From Bacteroidales bacterium (GTDB lineage Bacteria; Bacteroidota; Bacteroidia; Bacteroidales; VadinHA17): DNA of 64,000 bases. The stretch covers positions 4,052 to 68,051 of the forward strand of contig JAFGXX010000008.1 in NCBI GenBank assembly GCA_016936435.1. The letters are read 5' to 3'. Position 1 is the first letter of the stretch. Every line of letters begins with the position of its first letter. The notes under the pieces are model-generated. The model made no database searches, was not told where the DNA came from, and worked only from the letters and a program-made list of their open reading frames with translations. Of this stretch, positions 17,904 to 28,217 are shown piece after piece. The position numbers and the translations under genes are program-made.

Positions 17904-18794
17904 TTATACCGTGGCAGGTTTGCGGTTCTGAAGCCATATTCCTGCAATGATCAGCACCAGGCCCGCCGGGGTTGTAATGTAAACGGGCTCATGGAGGATA
18001 AAGTGTATGAACACCAGGGAAAGAAAGGGGGCGAGGTAAACGAGATTGCTGATCTTGTCGGTCGATTCAGCTGTTTGCAGTGCCCTGAGCCAGAACAAAA
18101 AAGTTATTCCCATTTCAAAGAGCCCTACATAAATGGCAGCGATCATTCCCTTTATAGCCGGCCCCGTTATCTGCCAGTTATGAGTGAGAAGCAGCGCAAT
18201 AACCAGGTAAAGTGAACCAAACAGGAAATTGAAAAATAACTTTATAGCTTCGTCTCTTCTATCCCTGACGTTGAGAATGAAATACAGAGCCCAGAAGACC
18301 GAACTGCCTGTGGCAAGAAGAACACCCTTGATATCGGCCTGACCGCTGCTGAACAGATGACCCTGTGATGATATCACATATACTCCTGCAAAGCTTATGA
18401 AGAGAGCCAGGTAGCTTCGTGCCTTTATCTTTTGCTTAAGAAGGGGAACCGAAAGGAAAACCAGTATTATAGGCCATATCATATTCAGCGGCTGAGCTAT
18501 CTGGGCCGGAAGAAGTGTGTAGGCATTCAGGAGAATGATATAATACAGGGCAGGGTTTATAAACCCGAGAAGAGCTGAAGAAAGCAATTCCCGCGCAGAA
18601 TTCATGACAAGCAGGTGTGTCTTGTTCCCTGCAATGATGATGCCAAGGAGTATGATAGCCGATGTAAGTGAAGCTATCGTAAGCATAGGAAGAACATCAA
18701 GTTCCCTGAGGCTTATTTTAAATGCAGTCGGGATCGTCGACCAGAAGAAGACAGCCAGGAGGGCGTAAACATAGGATTTATGCAGTCTGGTCAT
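17904..18794 (-). CDS. DMT-superfamily (EamA-like) transporter
   Basis: 296 aa with about 10 predicted TM helices in two EamA-like repeats. Confidence 0.8.
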   Translation of the reverse strand: MTRLHKSYVYALLAVFFWSTIPTAFKISLRELDVLPMLTIASLTSAIILLGIIIAGNKTHLLVMNSARELLSSALLGFINPALYYIILLNAYTLLPAQIAQPLNMIWPIILVFLSVPLLKQKIKARSYLALFISFAGVYVISSQGHLFSSGQADIKGVLLATGSSVFWALYFILNVRDRRDEAIKLFFNFLFGSLYLVIALLLTHNWQITGPAIKGMIAAIYVGLFEMGITFLFWLRALQTAESTDKISNLVYLAPFLSLVFIHFILHEPVYITTPAGLVLIIAGIWLQNRKPATV

Positions 18795-18818
18795 GAGATG
18801 CCTTTCTTATGCCGGCTG

Positions 18819-20093
18819 TTAGTCTATCATTTCAAACCCGGTATATGGCACAAGTACCTGAGGTACCCTGATGCCTGTGCCGGTCTGGTTGTTTTCTATG
18901 ATTGCAGCCACTATTCTTGGCAGTGCCAGTGCGCTTCCGTTGAGAGTATGAACCAGCTGTGTCTGCTTGTTCCCCTTTTCTCTGAAACGGCACCTTAGCC
19001 TGTTGGCCTGAAAAGATTCAAAATTGGAAGTGGAGCTTACTTCCAGCCATCTTTTCTGCGCTCCCGACCACACTTCAAAATCGTAGGTGAGAGCCGAGGT
19101 GAATGACATATCGCCTCCGCAGAGTCTCATTATCCGGTAGGGAAGCCCTAGTTTTACGATAAGACTTTCAACATGGTTCACCATCTCTTCAAGAGCTTCG
19201 TATGAACGATCGGGATGGGCTATCTGAACTATCTCCACCTTGTCGAACTGATGGAGCCTGTTAAGTCCTCTCACATGGGCTCCCCATGATCCGGCTTCGC
19301 GACGGAAACAGGGTGTGTATGCTACATTTTTAACAGGCAGTTCAGCAGCATTCAGGATGCTGTCCCTGTAAATGTTTGTCACAGGTACTTCTGCTGTGGG
19401 TATGAGGTAGAGATTATCAAGTCCGACGTGATACATCTGACCTTCCTTGTCGGGAAGTTGTCCGGTACCGAACCCCGAATCTTCATTTACCACAACAGGG
19501 GGCATCATTTCACGGTATCCCGCTTTTACTCCCTCGTCGAGGAAGAAATTGATAAGCGCCCTCTCGAGCCTTGCTCCTTTTCCTTTGTAAAGAGGGAATC
19601 CAGCACCGGTAATTTTTATACCCAGATCGAAATCGATAATATCGTATTTTTTTATAAGATCCCAGTGCGGAAGAGCAGGCTCGGGAAGAGCTGTTATTTC
19701 ACCACCTTCTCTTACTTTCACGTTATCATCGGCTCCGTGTCCGTGGGAAACCGAATGATGCGGCAGATTGGGCAATTTGATGATCTCACTTCGAAGTTCT
19801 TCATCGATGGGACCAAGCTCGTCGGTAAGAGATCTGATTTCTTCCTTGATCTTATATGTTTTTTCTTTTGCCTCTTCGGCTTCGTTTTGTCTGCCTTCTT
19901 TTATCAGTGACCCTATATCGCGTGATATAATATTCATCTCTCCATGGAGAAGGTCGGCACGTGTCTGTTTCTCACGTCTTGCAGTGTCGAGGGAAATGAT
20001 CTTTTCCAGGATATCCTCCGCATCGAAATTTTTGATTTTAAGACGTTCAATGATGAAATCTTTTTTTTCGCGGATAAGGCTTATGGTAAGCAT
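18819..20093 (-). CDS. serS: Seryl-tRNA synthetase
   Basis: 424 aa. N-terminal coiled-coil arm and class II motifs (FRREAGS, GSALALPR). Confidence 0.95.
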   Translation of the reverse strand: MLTISLIREKKDFIIERLKIKNFDAEDILEKIISLDTARREKQTRADLLHGEMNIISRDIGSLIKEGRQNEAEEAKEKTYKIKEEIRSLTDELGPIDEELRSEIIKLPNLPHHSVSHGHGADDNVKVREGGEITALPEPALPHWDLIKKYDIIDFDLGIKITGAGFPLYKGKGARLERALINFFLDEGVKAGYREMMPPVVVNEDSGFGTGQLPDKEGQMYHVGLDNLYLIPTAEVPVTNIYRDSILNAAELPVKNVAYTPCFRREAGSWGAHVRGLNRLHQFDKVEIVQIAHPDRSYEALEEMVNHVESLIVKLGLPYRIMRLCGGDMSFTSALTYDFEVWSGAQKRWLEVSSTSNFESFQANRLRCRFREKGNKQTQLVHTLNGSALALPRIVAAIIENNQTGTGIRVPQVLVPYTGFEMID

Positions 20094-20111
20094 AGGATGG
20101 AAGTATTAATG

Positions 20112-20139
20112 AAAAAAGCAGGCCTCATGGAAGCCTGCT
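20112..20139 (-). terminator. Terminator-like hairpin downstream of rpmA and 18 nt upstream of the serS ATG
   Basis: Minus strand reads AGCAGGC-TTCCATGAG-GCCTGCT followed by TTTTT. Confidence 0.55.
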
Positions 20140-20218
20140 GTAAAAGTATTAAAAAACTCCCTGAAATCATTTCCGCTGAGAAAAGAAATTCGGGAGTCTG
20201 CTATATTAAGATATCTTT

Positions 20219-20479
20219 TTATTCACTTACCGGTTTCACCGACACGAAGACTTTATTGTCTTTTTTCTTACTGAATTCGATTTCGCCGTCGGTAAGTGCA
20301 AACAGGGTATGATCCCTGCCTATGCCGACATTGAGTCCGGCATTGTGTTTAGTCCCTCTCTGCCGGACGATGATGTTGCCGGCTTTGACTGTCTGACCTC
20401 CGAAAAGCTTAACGCCCAGTCGTTTACTGTTTGAATCGCGGCCGTTACGTGAGCTCCCTGCTCCTTTCTTGTGTGCCAT
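20219..20479 (-). CDS. rpmA: 50S ribosomal protein L27
   Basis: 86 aa; [16 protein letters not shown] is the canonical N-terminus. Confidence 0.97.
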   Translation of the reverse strand: MAHKKGAGSSRNGRDSNSKRLGVKLFGGQTVKAGNIIVRQRGTKHNAGLNVGIGRDHTLFALTDGEIEFSKKKDNKVFVSVKPVSE

Positions 20480-20518
20480 ATTATTATGTTTTTATGATCT
20501 TCTTTACTTCTGAAAGGC

Positions 20519-21028
20519 TTATTCCTTAGCCTTTCTGGATGATGTAGTCTTTTTTTCTGCCGGGTTTTTTTCGGCTGATTTCTTTTCTGCAGGCTTCCTG
20601 GCTGGTGCTGCAGTTTTTTTGGCTTCAGGTTTCACCTTTTCAGTATGGTTTACGATTGTCTCTTCCTGAAGGGCTTCAGCTTTCTCTTTCTTTACAGCCT
20701 TCTTCGCGGAAGCGCCTTTGCCGTTGATACTTAGAATTTCAACCTGTGTGAATTGCTGACGATGTCCGTTTTTAATCCTGTAACCTTTTTTCCTCTTCTT
20801 TTTGAAGACAATAACCTTGTCGCCTTTTACATTATCGACAACTTTTGCCTGAACTGAGGCATCCTTTACTGTGGGGTCTCCCACACTGACCTTCCCGTCT
20901 TCATCCAGAAGAAGGACCTGGTCAAAATCCAGTTCCTCTCCTTCATTGACGTCAAGGCGATGCACAAATATTTTCTTTCCTTCTTCTACCTTAAACTGCT
21001 GGCCTGCAATTTCTACTATTGCGTACAT
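20519..21028 (-). CDS. rplU: 50S ribosomal protein L21 with a ~66-aa Lys/Ala/Glu/Pro-rich C-terminal extension
   Basis: [14 protein letters not shown]…[11 protein letters not shown] forms the L21 core (~103 aa). It is followed by a low-complexity tail (…[16 protein letters not shown]…). Confidence 0.93.
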   Translation of the reverse strand: MYAIVEIAGQQFKVEEGKKIFVHRLDVNEGEELDFDQVLLLDEDGKVSVGDPTVKDASVQAKVVDNVKGDKVIVFKKKRKKGYRIKNGHRQQFTQVEILSINGKGASAKKAVKKEKAEALQEETIVNHTEKVKPEAKKTAAPARKPAEKKSAEKNPAEKKTTSSRKAKE

Positions 21029-21119
21029 ATTTAAACTAATTATGTTACTCCGTGAGGCGTACCTTTAATCTGTCATGGTAACTTTAGCGGGCCCCGTGGG
21101 ATTATTTCAAATCGGACTG

Positions 21120-21127
21120 CAAAGATA
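21120..21127 (-). promoter_or_regulatory. Candidate -7 promoter box (TATCTTTG on the minus strand) for rplU-rpmA
   Basis: Exact TAnnTTTG match. It implies a ~85-90 nt 5' UTR before the rplU ATG. Confidence 0.35.
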
Positions 21128-21280
21128 TACAAAATAGATTATTAACAAACCGGAGTAAGCTTTTTTTTCGCAAACCGGCAACATGGGTTCAACTGTTACG
21201 TCCGGGTGACAATGGTTCCGGGACAACACGGATGTTGAAAAAAAAGAGAAGTACTGCCGGAGCATGCCCCTAATAATAGC

Positions 21281-21288
21281 TATATTTG
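21281..21288 (+). promoter_or_regulatory. Candidate -7 promoter box (TATATTTG) for the DUF151 nuclease gene
   Basis: Exact TAnnTTTG match 48 nt upstream of ATG 21336. Confidence 0.35.
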
Positions 21289-21335
21289 TTGATATTACTG
21301 CAGCACAGTTATTTTTAGCCTCAGAATTTTAAGAT

Positions 21336-21926
21336 ATGAAGCGGGTAAAATTAAAGGTTATGGGGATGTCATACAGCCAGACACAGTCGGGTGCCTATGC
21401 GCTTCTCCTGATAGAAGAGAACGGAAGCAGGAGAATTCCTATAATTATAGGCGGGTTTGAAGCACAGGCAATTGTGATCAAGCTGGAAAACCTGGAGCCA
21501 CCCCGGCCACTTACCCATGATCTTTTTAAAAAATTTGCCGAACAGTTCAACATCACGGTCACAGAGGTTATGATACACAAACTCGAGGATGGGGTGTTCT
21601 TTTCAAGGCTTGTGTGCAATGACGGGAAAAATGAATACTCCATCGACAGCAGGACCTCAGACGCCGTTGCCATAGCCCTCCGCTTCGGGTGCCCTATTTA
21701 TATCGACGACGAGATAATGGAAAAGGCTCAGCTTACCAACAGCCCTGCCGAAGCTGAATCAGGCCCGGAAGGTGAACAGGAAAGCACTTATCAGCCTGCC
21801 GGCAGATTTGATACCTACTCCGATGATGAACTTTTCAAAATGATCGACGAAGCAGTAAAGACTGAAGATTACGAACGGGCTGCTTCAATAAGAGATGAAA
21901 TTGAAAAACGTAAGAAGAAAAAATAA
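21336..21926 (+). CDS. Bifunctional nuclease family protein (DUF151) with a C-terminal UVR motif
   Basis: 196 aa. RIPIIIGGFEAQAI and DSRTSDAVAIALR are typical of DUF151. The C-terminal EDYERAASIRDEIEKRK resembles a UvrB/C motif. Confidence 0.8.
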   Translation: MKRVKLKVMGMSYSQTQSGAYALLLIEENGSRRIPIIIGGFEAQAIVIKLENLEPPRPLTHDLFKKFAEQFNITVTEVMIHKLEDGVFFSRLVCNDGKNEYSIDSRTSDAVAIALRFGCPIYIDDEIMEKAQLTNSPAEAESGPEGEQESTYQPAGRFDTYSDDELFKMIDEAVKTEDYERAASIRDEIEKRKKKK

Positions 21927-22019
21927 GAGTGACCTGTATTTATAGTTTTCCCGATATCTCAGCTCAGTTTTTTGCTGCCAGGTATCAAGTCAGAAAATCA
22001 AATAGTTAAAAAATATAAG

Positions 22020-23969
22020 ATGAAAAGGATTGTCACAGTAATTATCCTTGTGCTTTCAATCGGGGTTTTTACCCATGCAAAGGATTATAAACTGGTTTCT
22101 CCCGACGGGAAAATATCAGCTTCAATAAAAGACGGACCCGGTCTCGAATGTACGGTTTCCTATAATGGCAAAATCGTAATTAATTCGGTTAAGGCAGGTT
22201 TATCGCTTTCAACAGCAGAACTGCCTTCGCCTTCTGATAGAATCAGAAGAGCTGTCTTTGGTAAAATCGATCAGGAGATCAAACCCGTGATCGCGGTAAA
22301 ACACAGCAGTATAAGGGATAAATGCAATACCTTAACCATTACATACAGATCAGGACTTGTTGTCCATTTCAGGGCTTACGACGACGGCTTTGCTTACAGG
22401 TTCGGAACCTCACTGAAAAACGACATCATCGTCAGGAATGAGACCTGCAACATAACTTTCCCGGGCAGTTCATCTTCATGGTATCCTTTTGAGGACGGGT
22501 TCATGTCGCATAACGAGAGACTGTATAAATATACTTCACTCGACACCATAGGAGGGAACCATCTTGCAAGTCTGCCGGCCCTCTTCGTGACTGAGGGTGT
22601 AAACGTTCTGATTACTGAGTCAGACATAATCGATTACCCGGGAATGTGGTTGAGGGGAGCCGGCCCGTCGACACTGAAAGGTGTATTCCCTCCTTACCCT
22701 GAGGAGGAACGCCTGAGAAGCGACCGCGATCTGCATGTGACAAAAGCCAGGGACTATATTGCTTCAACAACGGGGACAAGGGTCTTTCCGTGGAGGGTGT
22801 TCATAATCACGGGCACAGATGGCGAACTTATTGAGAGCGAGATGGTTTACAAGCTGGCATCACCCTGCCGCATCGAAGATCCCTCATGGATAAAACCAGG
22901 TAAAGTGGCATGGGACTGGTGGAATGCAAATAACATTTACGGCGTTGACTTCAGGGCAGGAATAAACAATGACACCTATAAATACTACATCGATTTTGCT
23001 TCAGCCAATGGCATCGAATATGTTATCCTCGATGAGGGCTGGTACAGGAAGGGGACAGTACTCGAATCGATTCCCGAAATTAATATTCCGGAGCTGTGCA
23101 GCTATGCGGCTTCCAGAAATGTAGGCATAATATTGTGGGTTGTATGGAAGACTTTCCACGACAGGATTGATGATGCGGTAGCCCTGTATGAAAAGTGGGG
23201 AGTCAAAGGTGTAAAGGTCGACTTTATGCAAAGAGACGATCAGCCTGTTGTCAATTTCTACCACGAAGCCATGCAGAAGACCGCAGAACATCATCTCCTC
23301 ATAGATTTTCACGGAGCCTATAAACCCGACGGGGCCGGACGTACCTGGCCCAATGCCCTGACCCGCGAAGGAGTGAAGGGACTGGAAAACTCCAAATGGA
23401 GCAGGGAAATCAGCCCCGATCATAATCTGATGCTGCCCTTTATCCGTATGGTGGCCGGACCAATGGATTATACTCCCGGAGCCATGCTGAATTTTGAAAG
23501 GAACAACTTCAACCCCATTTTCAACCGTCCCGGCAGTCTGGGAACCAGGGTCCACCAGATGGCTTTATATGTCATCTTCGAAAGTCCCCTCCAGATGCTT
23601 GCCGATTCTCCCACTAATTACATGAGAGAAAAGGAATGCACGGATTTCATTTCAAAGATACCGGTGGTATGGGACGACATTAAAGTACTGGAAGCTAAAA
23701 CAGGCGACTATCTGTTACTTGCCCGCCGATCGGGTGAAGACTGGTACCTGGGAGCTCTTACTGACTGGAAAGCACGTGAAATGGACCTCGACCTTGCTTT
23801 CCTTCCCGCCGGGACATTCAGGATGGAACTTTTCCGCGACGGCATCAATGCCGACAGACATGCACAGGACTACAGGCGGGAAATAATTGAAGTAAAACAG
23901 GGAAGCAGGTTGAAAATAAATATGGTATCCGGTGGTGGCTGGACAGCAAAAATATCTCCGGTGAAATAA
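22020..23969 (+). CDS. GH97-family glycoside hydrolase (alpha-glucosidase / alpha-galactosidase type), secreted
   Basis: Signal peptide MKRIVTVIILVLSIGVFTHA, plus YVILDEGW, GVKVDFM and REGVKGLE. Start moved from TTG 21972 to ATG 22020. Confidence 0.85.
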   Translation: MKRIVTVIILVLSIGVFTHAKDYKLVSPDGKISASIKDGPGLECTVSYNGKIVINSVKAGLSLSTAELPSPSDRIRRAVFGKIDQEIKPVIAVKHSSIRDKCNTLTITYRSGLVVHFRAYDDGFAYRFGTSLKNDIIVRNETCNITFPGSSSSWYPFEDGFMSHNERLYKYTSLDTIGGNHLASLPALFVTEGVNVLITESDIIDYPGMWLRGAGPSTLKGVFPPYPEEERLRSDRDLHVTKARDYIASTTGTRVFPWRVFIITGTDGELIESEMVYKLASPCRIEDPSWIKPGKVAWDWWNANNIYGVDFRAGINNDTYKYYIDFASANGIEYVILDEGWYRKGTVLESIPEINIPELCSYAASRNVGIILWVVWKTFHDRIDDAVALYEKWGVKGVKVDFMQRDDQPVVNFYHEAMQKTAEHHLLIDFHGAYKPDGAGRTWPNALTREGVKGLENSKWSREISPDHNLMLPFIRMVAGPMDYTPGAMLNFERNNFNPIFNRPGSLGTRVHQMALYVIFESPLQMLADSPTNYMREKECTDFISKIPVVWDDIKVLEAKTGDYLLLARRSGEDWYLGALTDWKAREMDLDLAFLPAGTFRMELFRDGINADRHAQDYRREIIEVKQGSRLKINMVSGGGWTAKISPVK

Positions 23970-23981
23970 TTCCCGAAGTAA

Positions 23982-24776
23982 ATGAAGCAGTATCTTGATC
24001 TCCTCGATCATGTATTAAGGAACGGAACTGAAAAAAAAGACCGGACGGGTACAGGAACAATAAGTGTATTCGGGTACCAGATGCGTTTCAGGCTGGAAGA
24101 GGGATTTCCATTACTGACAACCAAGAAACTTCACCTCCGTTCGATAATACATGAACTTCTCTGGTTCATTGCAGGCGACACTAACATCAGGTATCTGAAC
24201 GAAAACGAAGTAAAGATATGGGATGAGTGGGCTGATGCTGAGGGTAATCTGGGTCCGGTATACGGACACCAGTGGAGATCATGGCCTGCAGCAGGAGGGG
24301 GGAAAATCGACCAGCTTTCATCGGTAATAGAAACTATAAAAAAGAATCCCAATTCCCGACGGCTGATCGTCAGCGCATGGAATGTGGGAGACCTGGATAA
24401 GATGGCCCTGCCCCCTTGCCATGTTCTTTTCCAGTTTTATGTTGCAGAAGGCAGGTTGTCGTGCCATCTTTACCAGCGAAGTTGTGACATCTTCCTCGGT
24501 GTACCGTTCAACATAGCATCCTATGCTCTCCTGACTATGATGGTAGCTCATGTGACCGGACTCCAGCCCGGTGATTTTGTTCACACAATGGGCGACGCTC
24601 ATATTTACCTGAACCACCTGGAACAGGTAAAACTGCAGCTCACCAGAGAACCATATCCCCTGCCGCAGATGAAAATAAATCCCTCGGTCGGTAATATCTT
24701 CGATTTCAGATTCGGGGATTTCACCCTTACCGCTTATATTGCACACCCACATATTAAAGGAGATATATCAGTTTAA
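23982..24776 (+). CDS. thyA: Thymidylate synthase
   Basis: 264 aa with [15 protein letters not shown] and the active-site LPPCH. Confidence 0.97.
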   Translation: MKQYLDLLDHVLRNGTEKKDRTGTGTISVFGYQMRFRLEEGFPLLTTKKLHLRSIIHELLWFIAGDTNIRYLNENEVKIWDEWADAEGNLGPVYGHQWRSWPAAGGGKIDQLSSVIETIKKNPNSRRLIVSAWNVGDLDKMALPPCHVLFQFYVAEGRLSCHLYQRSCDIFLGVPFNIASYALLTMMVAHVTGLQPGDFVHTMGDAHIYLNHLEQVKLQLTREPYPLPQMKINPSVGNIFDFRFGDFTLTAYIAHPHIKGDISV

Positions 24777-24786
24777 TAGCCTGCTT

Positions 24787-25266
24787 ATGATATCAATTAT
24801 TGCTGCCGTATCTGACGATCTTGGAATAGGGAAAGACAATGATCTTCTCTGGCATCTGTCTGACGACCTCAAAAGATTTAAAAAACTTACTACCGGTCAT
24901 ACCGTTATTATGGGTAAACGAACCTGGGAGTCGCTGCCTGTAAGACCGCTTCCGAACCGGAAAAATGTTGTCATCACCGATGTTGCCGCTGAGATTTTCC
25001 CGGGTGCAGTAACTGCATATTCTATTGAAGATGCCCTTGAAAAATGCAGGGAGGACAAAGAGATCTTCATCATGGGAGGCGGAAGCATTTACAGGCAGTT
25101 CATGCCGCTTGCCGGCCGCCTTATCATTACCCATGTACACAGTGCGGCAGAAGCAGATGTGTGGTTCCCCCGCATCGACATGAGAAAATGGAAAGTCGCG
25201 GAGAAGGAAGAACACAGTTCAGAGGCGATACCCTATACCTATGTGGTTTACCACAGGAAAAAATAG
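24787..25266 (+). CDS. folA: Dihydrofolate reductase
   Basis: MISIIAAVS…GKDNDLLWHL…VIMGKRTWES…FIMGGGSIY. Start moved from 24739 to ATG 24787, because the upstream extension overlaps thyA. Confidence 0.92.
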   Translation: MISIIAAVSDDLGIGKDNDLLWHLSDDLKRFKKLTTGHTVIMGKRTWESLPVRPLPNRKNVVITDVAAEIFPGAVTAYSIEDALEKCREDKEIFIMGGGSIYRQFMPLAGRLIITHVHSAAEADVWFPRIDMRKWKVAEKEEHSSEAIPYTYVVYHRKK

Positions 25267-25375
25267 TCATACACGTCGAAAACAAAAATAATTTTTCACC
25301 AACTCCATTAAACCTTTCGGGAGCTCCCTTATCTAAATGGTTGTTAACAGGAATTAGTAACCAAACAGATAAACC

Positions 25376-26218
25376 ATGAAGACAAAATTATTTTTACTGA
25401 CGGCGGTTTTTGCATTTTTTGCAATAAATTCATGCACAAAGCAAAACGACATTGACCAGGAAAGCATCGATCTGGCTGATGACGAGGTTATCAGCGAGGC
25501 CATTTTTGAAGATGTCTTTAACAGTGTGGACCATGCCGACATTCTGCTCGACGACTATCTTAAAGGTGGTTCGACAAAATCATTTGCCGTAACTGATACA
25601 TGTCCGGTAGTGACCATCGACCATCCTGATGATGCTATATGGCCTAAAACGATAGTAATAGACTTTGGAACTCTTTGTACGGGTTTCAACGGAAACACGA
25701 AGTCGGGAAAGATCATAACTGTTGTCAGTGGTCCCAGGCGTGAGGAAGGTTCAACAAGAAGTGTGACCTTTGATAACTATTATGTTAATGACATAAAAGT
25801 GGAAGGTGTCAAAGTAATCAGTAACTCCGGCTATAACTCAAATCAGAATGTTGTTTTCTCCGTTAGCCTCACGGAAGGAAAACTTATCTTTCCCGACGGC
25901 AGGACAGTTGAAAGATCCTTCAGTCATGAAAGGGAATGGCTTGCCGGGTTTATGACAAGGAATATATGGGACGATGAATGTCTGATTACCGGAGTTGCCA
26001 GCGGTGTAAGTATCAAAGGAATTGAATACTCAAAGACCATAAGTTCAGCCCTTCACTGGAAACGTGTCTGCAAATTCATCGTAAGCGGTGTGGTATTGAT
26101 TGAAAGAGAAGGACGGGAAACTGCCATGCTCGATTACGGAAGCGGTGAATGTGATGCCAAAGCTGTCCTTACCATAGGTGACGAGTCGAAAGAGATCCTG
26201 CTGAAGTATAAGAGATGA
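25376..26218 (+). CDS. Hypothetical lipoprotein
   Basis: 280 aa. Signal peptide with lipobox (AINSC). I recognise no family. Confidence 0.6.
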   Translation: MKTKLFLLTAVFAFFAINSCTKQNDIDQESIDLADDEVISEAIFEDVFNSVDHADILLDDYLKGGSTKSFAVTDTCPVVTIDHPDDAIWPKTIVIDFGTLCTGFNGNTKSGKIITVVSGPRREEGSTRSVTFDNYYVNDIKVEGVKVISNSGYNSNQNVVFSVSLTEGKLIFPDGRTVERSFSHEREWLAGFMTRNIWDDECLITGVASGVSIKGIEYSKTISSALHWKRVCKFIVSGVVLIEREGRETAMLDYGSGECDAKAVLTIGDESKEILLKYKR

Positions 26219-26248
26219 CAGATTAAGTTACCGTGCCGGGTCGGTATT

Positions 26249-27466
26249 TTAAGAAGCTTTGAGAACCTGGATATCAATCCTCTCAAGCTTCTTACTTGCA
26301 TAATCGATAGAGATCACCAGTTCTTTGCTTTCCGTTGACGGCATATCGAACATGGCGTCGAGCATGATTGTTTCGCAAATCGATCTTAGTCCCCTTGCCC
26401 CGAGCTTGAACTCCACAGCCTTGTCGACGATGAAATCGAGTACTCCGTCGGCAAAAGTCAGATCGATGCCATCCATTTTGAAGAGTTTCACATATTGCTT
26501 TATCAGGGAGTTTTTTGGTTCAGTCAGGATGGCTCTGAGGGCTTTTCTGTCGAGAGGATTGAGATGGGTTACCACAGGGAGCCTGCCGATAATTTCGGGT
26601 ATCATACCGAAGGCCCTGAGATCCTGGGGAGCAATGTATTTCAGAAGATTATCCTTGTCAACCTTATCTCTGTGTTTTGATGCCCCGTATCCTACAATCT
26701 GTGTATTCAGACGTTGAGCTATCTTTTTCTCGATACCCACAAAGGCTCCGCCGCAGATAAATAAAATATTCTTTGTGTCAACGGGTATCATTTTCTGTTC
26801 CGGGTGCTTGCGCCCTCCCTGTGGAGGTACATTCACCACCGATCCTTCAAGCAGCTTAAGCAGGCCCTGCTGAACTCCTTCACCTGAAACATCGCGTGTA
26901 ATTGAGGGGTTGTCGCCTTCTTTACGGGCTATTTTATCAATCTCATCGATGAAAACAATACCTCTTTCGGCTGCCTTTACATCGTAGTCGGCATTCTGAA
27001 GCAGCCTTGTAAGAAGACTTTCGATATCTTCGCCCACATAGCCAGCTTCGGTAAGCACTGTGGCATCGACAATGGTAAAAGGCACATGAAGCATTTTTGC
27101 CACGGTTTTTGCAAGAAGTGTTTTCCCGGTTCCCGTTTCACCGACAAGGATGATATTTGATTTTTCTATCTCGACATCGTCGTCGTCGGGTTTTTGCATA
27201 AGCCTTTTATAGTGGTTATATACAGCAACGGATATGATCTTTTTGGCCATATCCTGCCCGATAACATACTGATCGAGGAATTTTTTGATTTCGGCAGGTT
27301 TGAGGAGATTTATTGTGTCGAAGGGGACGTTCTTTTTAAGTCCCAGTTCCTCATTCATTATATTATAGGCCTGTTCGATGCAATGGTCGCAGATATGGCC
27401 TTCGAGACCAGCTATAAGTATGTTGGTCTCTTTTTTTGTCCTGCCGCAGAATGAACACTTATCCAT
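26249..27466 (-). CDS. clpX: ATP-dependent Clp protease ATP-binding subunit ClpX
   Basis: 405 aa. N-terminal zinc finger CSFCGR…CDHC and Walker A GETGTGKT. Confidence 0.97.
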   Translation of the reverse strand: MDKCSFCGRTKKETNILIAGLEGHICDHCIEQAYNIMNEELGLKKNVPFDTINLLKPAEIKKFLDQYVIGQDMAKKIISVAVYNHYKRLMQKPDDDDVEIEKSNIILVGETGTGKTLLAKTVAKMLHVPFTIVDATVLTEAGYVGEDIESLLTRLLQNADYDVKAAERGIVFIDEIDKIARKEGDNPSITRDVSGEGVQQGLLKLLEGSVVNVPPQGGRKHPEQKMIPVDTKNILFICGGAFVGIEKKIAQRLNTQIVGYGASKHRDKVDKDNLLKYIAPQDLRAFGMIPEIIGRLPVVTHLNPLDRKALRAILTEPKNSLIKQYVKLFKMDGIDLTFADGVLDFIVDKAVEFKLGARGLRSICETIMLDAMFDMPSTESKELVISIDYASKKLERIDIQVLKAS

Positions 27467-27468
27467 TT

Positions 27469-28149
27469 TTACTTATGATCGTTGCGCTGAAGTATTTCGT
27501 CGATCATTCCGTAATCTTTAGCCTCCTGTGATGTCATCCAGTGATCCCTGTCGGCATCCTTTTCAACCTTTTCAAAAGGATTTCCTGAGTGGAGGGCTAT
27601 GATCTCATAGAGTTCTTTTTTCAGTTTAATTATCTCACGCGCCTGAATTTCAATATCTGATGCCTGTCCTTCGAAACCTCCCATAGGCTGATGGATCATC
27701 AGTCTTGAGTGTTTCAGGGCCGATCTTTTACCTTTTGTTCCGGCAGTGAGAAGGACAGCCCCCATTGAAGCTGCCATTCCGGTACATATTGTTGCAATAT
27801 CGGCAGAGATGTACTGCATTGTGTCATATATTCCAAGCCCGGCGTGCACCGATCCTCCGGGAGTGTTGAAATAGATCTGGATGTCTTTTCCGGGATCTGA
27901 AGAATCAAGATAAAGCAGCTGAGCCTGAATGATATTAGCTACATAGTCGTCGATTGGCAGACCGAGAAAGATGATCCTGTCCATCATCAGCCTTGAGAAT
28001 ACGTCCATGGAAGCCACGTTCAGTTGTCGTTCCTCTATGATAGTAGGAGATATGTAGCTGCTGGTTAAAGTGGAATATTTTTGTAAAGTAAGGCTGCTGA
28101 CACCTTTTTTGCTTCTTGCAAATTTTCCAAAATCGTCGCCAGAATTCAT
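27469..28149 (-). CDS. clpP: ATP-dependent Clp protease proteolytic subunit ClpP
   Basis: 226 aa with the GMAASMG active-site Ser context and IHQP. Confidence 0.96.
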   Translation of the reverse strand: MNSGDDFGKFARSKKGVSSLTLQKYSTLTSSYISPTIIEERQLNVASMDVFSRLMMDRIIFLGLPIDDYVANIIQAQLLYLDSSDPGKDIQIYFNTPGGSVHAGLGIYDTMQYISADIATICTGMAASMGAVLLTAGTKGKRSALKHSRLMIHQPMGGFEGQASDIEIQAREIIKLKKELYEIIALHSGNPFEKVEKDADRDHWMTSQEAKDYGMIDEILQRNDHK

Positions 28150-28217
28150 TTTTTCCGTTTTATAAGTAAAGGATCAAAGATATAAAAAATAAAAATATTA
28201 TCGTAAAATGCTGATTG

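Noticed and set aside
21029-21335. A 307-nt divergent spacer upstream of rplU as a possible r-protein leader or small RNA.
   Set aside because: The predicted rplU 5' UTR is about 85-90 nt and contains short GC stems (GGGCCCCGTGGG, CTCCGTGAGG). I could not derive a stable or recognisable L21-leader-like fold, and there is no terminator to define an sRNA. It could be re-examined with covariance models.
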